From Emiliania huxleyi CCMP1516 (lineage: Eukaryota): a stretch of 64,000 nucleotides of DNA. The DNA lies in the NCBI RefSeq assembly GCF_000372725.1, contig NW_005202427.1, positions 496,001 through 560,000 on the forward strand, read 5' to 3'. A program made the translations under genes and the position numbers. Shown here one piece after another: positions 9,301 to 19,592 of this stretch (position 1 is the stretch's first letter; the number at the start of each line of letters is the position of its first letter). Below the pieces are notes generated by a model. The model did not search any database. It was not told the origin of the DNA and was given only the letters and a program-made list of their open reading frames with translations.

Positions 9301-12131
9301 CGCTGCTGGGGCAGACGTATACGGGCGGACGAGTGCAGCTCATCGACTGGCACGCGACCTTCGCCGCGCTCGGCGGGCACGTCGACATCAGCACGTCTGA
9401 GGAGGTGGTGAATGCCGGCCTCGACGTGTGGGCCGCGATCACGAACAACTCTGCGTCGCCGAGGACCGAGATGATTGTCGCTAAAGACTTCTACACCCGG
9501 CAAGCCGGCGTCGCCTTCTGGCAAGGGCCGTGGAAGCTGATGGTCGGCGTCGCGTACGGGCCCGACCCCAACTTGAATTGCGACGGGGGTGCTTACGGGC
9601 CGGCATGTGAGGTTCCTGGCGACAGCGTACTACAGCATTTGGGCCATTCGTTTCCAGTACGCTCGGGTGATAACGACGCCTATCTGCAGGTGCAGAGCTA
9701 CGATGTGTACGTCGGCCCAACGTGTAATTGCTTGGAGGGCTTCTTTCCGAAAGGTCCATTCGGTTCGGGCTACTCCCTCTACAACATCGACAACGACCCG
9801 GAAGAACAGGACAACCGGACGTCCGACTTCCCCGAGCTGGTGGCGAACCTCTCCAGCCGGCTCGACGTGCTCTGGGACTCGGGCGTCCGTTCGGCTCCCG
9901 ACCCAAACGACGATTGCGACGCCAGCCAAGCGGGAGTGGGGGTCACCGGTCGGCGGCTGGAGGAGACGTGCCCCGACTACCCTCAAGGCGTGGACACCTG
10001 CACCCTCCAGCTGCTCGGGGGAAGCTGCTCGGGGGACCCGCTCCTGCCGACCCGCTGCGTGCAAGAGGCCGGCTGGTGCACCTCCCCCGTCTGCGAGTCC
10101 GCCCCGAACGTGACGGTGTGGCCGTCGCTGCCGCCGCCGCCGCTTTCGCCGCCGTCGGACCCCCCCTCGCCGCCGCCGCCGTCCGCCCCGCCCTCGCCGC
10201 CGCCGCCGTCCGCCTCGCCCTCGCCGCCGCCGCTTTCACCGCCGTCGGTATCGCCGTCGCCTCCACCCCCGTCAGCCCCACCGCCCTCGCCGCCGCCTCC
10301 TTCCACCTCGCCCTCTCCGCCACCTCCCTCGCTTTCGCCCTCGCCGCCGCCACCGCCTCCGAGCGCATCACCGTCACCACCGCCGCCGAGCGCATCACCG
10401 TCACCACCGCCGCCGAGCGCATCACCGTCACCACCGCCGCCGAGCGCATCACCGTCACCGCCGCCGCCATCGCCGCCGCCACCGCCCGCGCCTCCGTCGC
10501 CGCCACCAGCAGCGCAGCTGCTCGACCTTCGCACGGCCACCACGTACCAGGACTCGAGCCTTTTCGACAAGCAGGCGCCCGTGAGCGACCTGTCATACGC
10601 CGACAGCACGACGGGACGGCCGTGGGCCGAGTGCGGCCAATACACAAGCCAATGGTGGGGCGTCGACCTCGGGAGCGAGGTGTATGTGCGCTACGTGCGG
10701 CTGCAGAACCGCAACGACTGCTGCGCGGAGCGGCTGACGGACGTCGACATCTATCTCGGCTCGACGGCGGAGACGTACACGGGCAACGCGCTGGTGAAGT
10801 CAGACGTGAGCGTGTCATCGAACGTCATGTTGGAGGTGGAGATCAACGCGTTGGGGCGCTACATCTACCTCAACCGGCCGTCTGCGGCGGGGCTGACGGT
10901 GTGCAAGTTCTACGTCTTCGCTTCGCCCGCGCCGCCGCCGTCACCATCACCGCCTCCCCCGCCGCCGTCGCCACCATCGCCGCCGTCGCCGCCGCCGCCT
11001 GACGTGCAGCTGCTCGACCTCAGCGCCGCCACCACGTACCAGGACTCGAGCTTGTTCGACAAGCAGGCGCCCGTGAGCGACCTGTCATACGCCGACAGCA
11101 CGACGGGACGGCCGTGGGCCGAGTGCGGCCACTACACAAGCCAATGGTGGGGCGTCGACCTCGGGAGCGAGGTGTATGTGCGCTACGTGCGGCTGCAGAA
11201 CCGCAACGACTGCTGCGCGGAGCGGCTGACGGACGTCGACATCTATCTCGGCTCGACGGCGGAGACGTACACGGGCAACGCGCTGGTGAAGTCGGACGTG
11301 AGCGTGTTGTCGAACGTGATGTTGGAGGTGGAGATCAACGCGTTGGGGCGCTACATCTACCTCAACCGGCCGTCTGCGGCGGGGCTGACGGTGTGCAAGT
11401 TCTACGTCTTCGCCTCAGCCGCACCGCCTGGGCCGCCGTCGCCGCCGCCACCGCCGCCTGCACCGTCACCGTCGCCGCCGTCGCCGCCGCCGCCTGAGGT
11501 GCAGCTGCTCGACCTCAGCGCCGCCACCACTTACCAGGACTCGAGCATCTACGACAAGCAGGCGCCCGTGAGCGACCTGTCATACGCCGACAGCACGACG
11601 GGACGGCCGTGGGCCGAGTGCGGCCACTACACACCCCAATGGTGGGGCGTCGACCTCGGGAGCGAGGTGTATGTGCGCTACGTGCGGCTGCAGAACCGCA
11701 ACGACTGCTGCCCACAGCGTCTGACCGGCATTGACATCTATCTCGGCACGACGGCAGAGACGTACACGGGCAACGCGCTGGTGAAGTCGGACGTGAGCGT
11801 GTCATCGAACGTGATGTTGGAGGTGGAGATCAACGCGTTGGGGCGCTACATCTACCTCAACCGGCCGTCTGCGGCGGGGCTGACGGTGTGCAAGTTCTAC
11901 GTCTTCGCAGGAAATCGCAATGGTCCACCTCCTTCCGCGTCGCCGTCGCCACCGCCGCCATCCACCCCGGGAGCTTCCTGCAAGGCGGGGCTCTGCACTG
12001 TCAACATCTTCGAGACGTGCTTCTACGACCCGGGCTGCGCGGCCGGGGGGCTGGGTTGCAACGCGGGCGGCAAGACACTCTGCCGCTTTTGCGAGTTTGG
12101 GCCCTACAAGGCGATCGAGTGCGCGCCCTGA
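6305..12131 (+). CDS. Secreted multidomain protein: arylsulfotransferase (ASST)-like, Pro-rich linker, sulfatase-like, Pro-rich linker, 3x F-type lectin (F5/8C/FTP), Cys-rich tail. Two exons (6305-7210, 7347-12131)
   Basis: Signal-like MRHFFVLVIAGLANG. ASST motifs HHQF, VVWEW, DWVHANSLVYD...NE|VYVINH and QHD are joined across a phase-0 GT-AG intron (7211-7346). Sulfatase motifs: LVFVLTDDVG, SIPSRRSFLTGR, ADNG, LRGNK..FEGGVR. Three near-identical domains contain WWGVDLG...NRNDCC.(E/Q)RL. Confidence 0.9.
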
Positions 12132-12719
12132 TCGGGAGCGTCCTGCCGCTGCCTGACTGAGAGTTGCACGCAGTCCGTCCTCAGCTCGCTGGCGGGGCCG
12201 CACGCCTGCGGGGAGCGTGTCGTCTGGCTGGAGAGGGCGCTCGATCTGCATGGTAGTGTACATGTAGTGTACAGAGCTGAACTCGTCGTGAGACGTGGAC
12301 GATGTGGAATGTGAGTAGCGTTGACGCCTGTGGCGCAGAAATGATTTTTGTGATTTTCGTTCATTCGTATTGGCTTGACTTGACTTGACTCGCTGCGAGA
12401 CGGGGCAGGCGCGGGGGCGCTCTCGTCCCGGCATAACTCAAGGTATCCGGATACTCTACAATCCGCGAGCTAGATCTCCAGCTACCTGGTACGCGGCGGG
12501 CGGCAGGCGGCATGCGCATGGGCAAGGGCCGGGTACATGTACCCTCTCACGAGACACAGGCCCTAACCGCACCGGGGAAGGGGCGCTTGGGAGCGGGGGC
12601 GGGGGCGGGGGCGGGGGCGGGGGCGGGGGGGCGGCGGGCTACGAGGGTAGGGGTTGGGATGCTGCCGCGTGCGCGCGCGCACCACACCACACAGGTGGAG
12701 GGAAAGACGGCGAGGAGGG

Positions 12720-12762
<43 letters not shown>

Positions 12763-13055
12763 GCGGCAGCGCGCGCGCGGCGCGCGCGACGGAGGGGCGG
12801 AGCAGCGACGGCGGGCGCGGTCGCTGCTCCGTCTGTGCCAGAGACGCGCGCTCTGCCGCTCCACACAGTAGGGGCGGCCCATACTGGTCGGCATCCCGGC
12901 AAGGCCGTGGAGACGAGGCGCGCGATCTATGTGCCATGTCGGTCTGTCGCGGGCAGGAGTGTGCGCAATGTGCCAAATGATGAGCCCCTGCACGTCGTTC
13001 CCACCATGCACACCATGCTGTTTTACGTAGGTAGAGTCTAATTTGTCTATAGAGA

Positions 13056-14065
13056 TCATTGGTTGGAGGTTGCTGTGTCGAGTACCCACGAGTTGTCGAC
13101 GTTCTCTTGCACACTACTAGCCGAAGCGAAGAGGACGGGCAAGCCCTTGGCCGCGAAGATGAGCGTCGGCTCGTGAAGCACGAATCTCTGAAAGGCGGAG
13201 AGGGCCCACGCGATGCCGAAATCCCCCCTGGCGAGTTGCTCCGCCAAAGTGATGTTCGAGAGGCGGGCGTACTCGGCCGCGCCCTCCGCCCAACTCATGC
13301 CCTCCGCGTCGACGTTCGAAAAGTCGCCAGGCTCGAATAGCTCACACCCATAGGCCGCAAAGGTGAAGCTCATCGCGATCAAGGCGAGCAGGTTCGAGCC
13401 CCAGCCAAAGGTGATCAGCCGCATTGCCTTCCAGTCCCTCCTCTGCCACGAGTGGAAGGGGCTCGCCTATGGCCGAGACATAGACGATGCGTACCTCCCA
13501 GACCTCGCCGAGATCCACGCGCTCAGTCTATGTTTGCGGAGCCTTGAGCACAACATCGTTGAGCGACTGGTACGAGAAGTTTCGCTGCTCGGGCTCGAGC
13601 TTCTCCAGTCGGGCGCGGCTCTGCGCCGCCGCGACAGCAGCCCACGCCTTGAGGCTGACGCTGGCCTCTGACGCCCCCACCCCCGCCTCAGCCTCCTCCA
13701 CGCTCGGCGCCACTTTGCACGAGGCGCGGCAGAAGCACTTGCCGAGCCACACCGGCCAGCAGAAGAAGGCTTTGACGCACCAGAGGCCGACCCGCACAAA
13801 GGTGGCCGGGTGATAGAGCCACGCAAAGGTAACCTATGGAACGTGGCCCGTGTTGAGGCCAGGGCGTGGGCAGGCACCTTCCCAGGTAGAGTCAGGCGTG
13901 ACCATCGTGGGCACGACGATGAGGGCGCAGACGGTACCCGAAATCACCACGCCGACGATGTTGATGACGAGAGCGCCGTTCGACGCTTGATAGGTGAGGC
14001 AGAGCATCACGAGCTCGAAGGCCAGCGAGTTGACGAGAATCATCGTCGTTTGCGCGCGCCTGCGT
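13056..14065 (-). pseudogene. 3' part of an intron-containing multi-pass membrane protein (PKD/REJ-like C-terminal TM region); 5' part not found
   Basis: Hydrophobic exons RAQTTMILVNSLAFELVMLC..., ...FSYQSLNDVVLK|ASPFHSWQRRDWKAMRLITFGW (probable GC-AG intron ~13467-13543) and ...AWALSAFQRFVLHEPTLIF. Upstream sequence runs into low-quality bases and a gap. The family call is tentative. Confidence 0.45.
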
Positions 14066-14729
14066 GCGAGGTGGATCGGGGTGTGCATCCCGGGTTAGGA
14101 TTGGATGAAAAGCGCCGTTCTTGCGTGCGTGTAGCTGCTGCCGCGCGTGTCGAAGAAGCACAGCCTATTGGACGCGCCACGCCACGTGTCGCTCGCTCGC
14201 CCGGAGGAGGCTCCGCGGCGGAGGGTCCGCCCACTAAGCCGTAACCGGCACTATAGGGTCTAATCAATAGAGGGCCTGGGGCCGAGCGCACCATACCCCC
14301 CCACCCCTGTCGAGGGCTGGCCTTGGGCGGCGTCGTCCGACTCTGGAGACCTCGAGGCGGGCAAAACTCACGTGCGCAGTGGCCAGTGCAGCTCGGGTGC
14401 GGATACGGGTGCGGGGGGGGGGGGGGGGGGGCACAAATTTTCCCCCCTCCCCCAGGGGGGGGGAACCCCCGCGAGGGTTTGGCACATGCCCAATGGCAAG
14501 GGGGGGGGCGGCGGCCCCATTGGGGGGGGGGGGGGGGGGCTATTTTTTTTTTACCCCCAAAACCAAAAGGGTTTCCCGTTTCCCCCCTCCCCGCCGGGGG
14601 GTTTTTTTCCCCCCCCAGGGGGAATAAATTTTTTTGTAAAATGGGCCCCCCAAACCCCAAACCCCAGATTTGGGTTCTTTAAAAAGGGGGGCCCCAAATT
14701 TTGGGGCCCCCCCCCCCTCCATATAAAAA

Positions 14730-14829
14730 NNNNNNNNNNNNNNNNNNNNNNNNNNNNNNNNNNNNNNNNNNNNNNNNNNNNNNNNNNNNNNNNNNNNNNN
14801 NNNNNNNNNNNNNNNNNNNNNNNNNNNNN
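14730..14829. other. Assembly gap (100 N)
   Basis: Run of N. Confidence 1.
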
Positions 14830-15012
14830 AAGAGGCGGAGGTGCAACTGCTCCTCGCAGAGAAGAGGCCCCCCCCCGTAAGGCCACCAGACCAGCAGAAG
14901 CACGGCTGCGGTGGCCAACCCAACGACAGCATGCACTGCAGCTGTCACCTCTGTTCATCGACGACGCGTCTCCCGTCGCCGCAGAGCTTTCTTCGCTGGG
15001 CGGGTGCGGGGG

Positions 15013-15202
15013 CATGAGTGACTCGCAACCCAGACGCCAGAGCGCTCTCCGCTCTCCCCTCTCCGCGCCCGGCCGTCTCGCTCCACCCTCAGCGCGAATT
15101 ATATTTTTGTTGAGATTGGCCCCTTAATGCCAAATGCCAATGATTGGGTACTGTAAGAGCGGGGCCGCACACTGCTCGGTACCCCCCCCTGCACATCTAA
15201 AG
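15013..15202 (+). repeat. Dispersed ~200 bp repeat, copy 2
   Basis: Highly similar to 1736-1935. Confidence 0.85.
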
Positions 15203-15698
15203 CCATGCTCGGGACCCCCCCCTCAGCAGCAGACCGCTCTGCTGCTGGGGGGGTGCTGGCCGATCTCCACGTATCTCTCTCGTGTCTCTCGCGCTCGGAG
15301 CGAGGCGCGTGTGAGCTCGAGGAGTCGTGCTGGCCGGGCGCCGCCCATACCCCAACACACGCGGTGTGAGAAAACACGCGCCGACATATGACCCGCGCGA
15401 CCGACATCGTGGTCATCTAACATGGTCATGGAAAATTCCGCCCGCCGCGTGACGCGTTGAGGCGTGAGCTGCGTTGGGGTGTTGGGAAAAAGAGAGAGAA
15501 AAGGGACCCCGGACGCATCGAATCAAACACGACGCCACCCCAAGCGCGCGCGAGTGTACCACGGCATGGAACGGTGTGCACTCTCTCGCACACACACACG
15601 ACACAGAACAACGAGACTCCGGTGGTCACGGGGTAGGAAAAAGGAAGCGTCCGCCCCACTCAATGGCGCATCCATGTGGCGGCGACTCAACGGCGGAC

Positions 15699-16466
15699 TC
15701 AAAACAGCAGCAGGCACAGGATGACAAAGGAGCCGAGCAAGAGGAGCAGCCGCGAGAGGAAGGCCTGCTGCACCTGCTCCGGCGAGAGCTGCTCGCCGCC
15801 CGGCTCGTCGCCGACCGCAGACGCGTTGAACTGGAAGCCGAGCACGGTGGGCAAGAAGCCGAGGCCGGGCGCGCCCGCGCCTGCTTGCGCGCCCGCCGCC
15901 GCGAGCGGCGGTTGCGCCGCCTCCGAGCCGCGGGGCTGGCCAGACTGCCGACCGGACGAGCCGGACGAGGCAGGCCGCTGGCCGGGCGGCCTCGGAGGCA
16001 GCGCCTCCTTTGGCGGCGCTCGCTGGCGCGGGTCGACGCGCGAGCGCTGCCCGCGGCCGTACACCGGTATCATGCGGTCGGACGAGATCTCGGCCTTGCA
16101 GATCGGGCAGAAGGCGCCGTCCGACTCTCTGCGCAGCTCGAGCCACTTGTAGATGCACGGCCAGCAGTACAAGTGCCCGCACATCGTGATGACGGGCTCG
16201 GTCGCGGTGTCGAGGCAGATGTTGCAATCGAAGAGGTCGCTCGAGGACGGCTTGCCGCCAGAAGGCGCTCTCGCATGGCGCGTGAGCAGGATTGGGAGAG
16301 CGGAGGCCGGCGCCGGCGACGCGAGCAGCGCCGCCGATAGTGCGCCGTCGTCCCTGCTGCTGCTGCCGCCGCCCCCGCCGCCGCCGCCGCCGCCGCCGAC
16401 GTCCCCACTGCTGGGCGTGCCGCCGACGCCGCCGCCCCCGTCGCGCGCCGCTGAGCCTCCGCTCAT
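15699..16466 (-). CDS. RNF185: RNF5/RNF185 (RMA1-like) tail-anchored RING E3 ubiquitin ligase
   Basis: FDCNICLD...[19 protein letters not shown]...CPICKA...[16 protein letters not shown], and a C-terminal TM segment [22 protein letters not shown]. Confidence 0.9.
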   Translation of the reverse strand: MSGGSAARDGGGGVGGTPSSGDVGGGGGGGGGGGSSSRDDGALSAALLASPAPASALPILLTRHARAPSGGKPSSSDLFDCNICLDTATEPVITMCGHLYCWPCIYKWLELRRESDGAFCPICKAEISSDRMIPVYGRGQRSRVDPRQRAPPKEALPPRPPGQRPASSGSSGRQSGQPRGSEAAQPPLAAAGAQAGAGAPGLGFLPTVLGFQFNASAVGDEPGGEQLSPEQVQQAFLSRLLLLLGSFVILCLLLF

Positions 16467-16740
16467 ATCCGCTTGGGTTCTGCGCCGGCCACAGAGGCCC
16501 GCCCACTCTTAGGATTTTATTATCTCGTTGTTTCTCTTCTCCTTGCTAATTGTCAGTTTCTTTATTTATTTATCCCCCCCCCTGCCGACTCCGTGATCTT
16601 TGACGGGAGCTCTCAGAAATAAAAAGAAAAATAGCTCGCGCACACAGACACTGCACGACAAGGGCGGAGCACCTGTGGTCAAGACAAAAACTTCACCCGG
16701 CGCTTGAGCCCTTCGCTCATCCCGGCGACGAGAGTGGGCC

Positions 16741-17900
16741 ATGTCGTGGGCGCGCGAGCGCTGCTGCGACGGCAAGTCCTATTGCTACTACTGCCCGATG
16801 TGCTGCACAGCCCTCGGGGCGCCCGACGGCGTCACCGTCCCGTGTCTGCAGCTGCCTCTGCGTGTCTCCGTGCTGCTCCGGGATGGACGGCAGCGCTCGA
16901 CGGCTGTTCACGCAAAGGTTCTCGCGCCCGACTGCTGCGAGCTGTACGACTGCTTCAGCCACGAGAGCTGCGCGGCCGTCCCCTCCTTCGACCCCGCGAC
17001 GACCGTCGTGGCCTTCCCGTCCGAGGGCGCGACCACCTTTGCGGACCTCGACGGTCTGGCGGCGGTGGACCACCTAGTGCTCTTGTGCTCGCCGTGGCAG
17101 CAGGCGCACAAGCTCGCCGCGCTGCCGCAGGTGCGCGGGCTGCGCCACGTCCGACTCGCGCAGACCGGCTGCACCTCCGGCTTTTGGCGCGTGCCGCCGC
17201 ACGACGGCAGCAGCGCCGGCACCCACCTCGCCTCGATTGAGGCGCTCACGCGGCTCCTGCACGAGTTCACGCTGGCGCGACGCGGAGTCGAGGGCGGCGG
17301 CGAGAAGAGCGGCGGCGGCGGCGGCGGCGGGCACGGCGGCGGGGTCAGCGAGGGTGGCAGCGGTGGCGAGGATGGCACGGGTGGTGGTGGTGGTCAGGGC
17401 GAGGGCGGCGGCGAGGAGGGCGGCGGCGGCAGCGAGGGCGGCGGCGGCGAGGGCGTTGGCGGCGAGGGCGTTGGCGGCGAGGGCGGCGGCGGCGAGGGCG
17501 GCGGCGGCGAGGGCGGCGGCGGCGAGGGCGGCGGCGGGGGCGGCGGGGGCGGCGAGGGCGGCGAGGGTGAGTGCGGGAGACGAGGGCGGCGCAAGCTGGC
17601 TTGCTGAGGTCCGCGCGCCTGAGAGTAGGCGAGGGTCTCTCCTCCGGGCTCGACCAGCTGCTCTTCTTCTTCCGGGCGATCCAGAGCCGCGTCGTACAGC
17701 ACCGCGGCGGCCACAACAGCCGGTGCGGCCCCAGCGGCCCGCTGACTGACGAGGGCCGCGAGGCGTTCCGTGCGGCCAAGAGCCAGCGGGTAGGCGAGGG
17801 TCGAAGGCGCTCCAATCTCTTGCGCCAGCGGTATGGGTCGGAGCTGCCAGCGGAGAGCGGGGAGGCGGAGCCAGGGGCGGAGCGGGAGGATCAGTCCTAG
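16741..17900 (+). CDS. DTWD1: DTW-domain protein (tRNA-uridine aminocarboxypropyltransferase, DTWD1-like); intron 17567-17628
   Basis: R..C..K...YYCP.C, LPLRV, STAVHAKVLAP, FPSEGA, W.QA, FWR, LASIEAL and, after a phase-1 GT-AG intron, LDQLLFFF. Contains a Gly/Glu low-complexity insert. Confidence 0.8.
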
Positions 17901-18579
17901 AGAGGCGAGCCGGGTGCGGTCTCTCTCGAAATGCATCGTGCTGCGGCGAGTCGATGGTGCCGCCAAGGCGGCGGCGAGGTGGGGCGCGCCGTCTGTGGGG
18001 CGGCGGCGAGGAGCGGCGAGGCCGAGGCGCGCGCCGGGCGCTACGTTTTGGGCCGGCGACAGCGGCTGTTTGCTGAACCGTTGGAGAGCGACCGGTTGGC
18101 GCGCGACGCTGGCGACGGCCTCGAGATTCGCGCCACGCGCCCCAAGGAGGGCATCAACGCCGAGGCACACGACGCCGCACTGTCTGTTCTCGCTTGACTG
18201 TGGCGGCCGCGGGTTCTGCCGGCGCCACACTTTGGCGGTTTGCTCCTTTGCTGCGGCCGCTGCCTCCCGGCGCCGACGGACTGGGAGCTGTGGAGATGGG
18301 CTGCGCAGCCGCCGGCGGAGGAGGGTATGTGTGGGTGTGTGTGTGTGTGGGTGAGGGGGGGTGCGGCCCGTCTTCGGCCTTGCCGCCCCTATGCCTTGCT
18401 GCCGCTCTCCCTCCCGGCCGGCGCTTGCTCGAGCCCGCCGCTGACGGCCGAGGCGCGCGCGCGGCAGCTGCGCCGCTCGGCGGTGCGAGTCATCGCGAGG
18501 ACCTACTCGGAGGGGCCGAGCCGGAGGGGGAGGATCACCCCGCGATCACCCGAGATGACCCGAGATCAGGCTGCGCGAG

Positions 18580-19046
18580 ATGGGCGTCGAGCCGGAGGAG
18601 GTTGCGGTGCCCGCGGAGGGCGGCGTGGGGCGACGGGCGAGGCGGGCGAGGGCGGCGCGACGGCGAGGCGGCGGCGTGGGGCGACGGCGAGGAGGAGGGC
18701 GTGCCGCACGTGAACGAGGGCGTGCAGCTGCAGATCTGAGATCACTCCGCACTTGCACGAGCAACACCACCTCGTCTCGCGCCACTCGATCACCGGCCAG
18801 CTGCTCACGCACGACTACCAGACGGTGGAGGAGCTGCCGCCCGAGCTGGGCCTCAACGTCGTCTCCCAAAAGTGGGGCATCTCGGCCGAGGCGGCCGCCG
18901 CGCTCAAGGCCGAGCGCGAGGCCAAGGAGGCGGCGCGGCGGGCGGAGGCTGCTCGGCAGCCCGCCTTCAAGAACCCCCTCTGCCCCAGCCCGTCCTCGCG
19001 CGGCGCCAGGCGGGCCGACAGCGCCGCCGAGTGGCCGACGCCGTGA
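18580..19046 (+). CDS. Hypothetical protein (3' exons; structure uncertain)
   Basis: Codon-biased final exon QHHLVSRHSITGQLLTHDYQTVEELPPELGLNVVSQKWG...WPTP*, preceded by intron-like CCGAGAT repeats. No family recognised. Confidence 0.35.
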
Positions 19047-19138
19047 CGGGGAGTTCTCTCCCAAGCTCCTCTCCCGCCCGCGCGGGGCTGTCAAGGGCTG
19101 CGCGCTGAGCGTTGCACGTCCCCCCCTCCCCCCCGCGT

Positions 19139-19255
<117 letters not shown>

Positions 19256-19592
19256 AAAGGCAGGGTGCGGGCGCGCGATTTCTTTTTTCAGAAACGGAGA
19301 GAGAGAGAGAGGAGAGATATTTTTAGCAATACCAAACTTTGTTGTGTTGTTTTGCAGAAACGGTTGATGGATGATGAAGGAAACAAATCACAAAACTATC
19401 TAACACGGACGGTTCAACGGGTCCCATGAGCACGAAAAGAGAGCACAAACAAACAAAAAGAGGGAACCCCGACGCAGAAGAAGAAAAACTCCTGGAGGCA
19501 GGGCAACCCAGAGAGGGTGTCCGAGTGACGGTGCTAGCTCAACTCCCCAAGAAGAAGACAAGAAGCGTCAAGATAAAAGAAACTCTGGCGTA

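Noticed and set aside
12129..12131. TGA as selenocysteine
   Set aside because: It lies in a linker rather than a redox motif, and no SECIS could be identified by eye.
12385..13041. Gly/Ala-rich ORFs
   Set aside because: Derived from GGGGGC and GCG microsatellites; no domain signal.
14405..14729. Homopolymer-rich stretch with several ORFs
   Set aside because: Looks like a low-quality read tail after poly-G. It reads as a garbled version of the repeat at 15013-15202 and abuts a gap.
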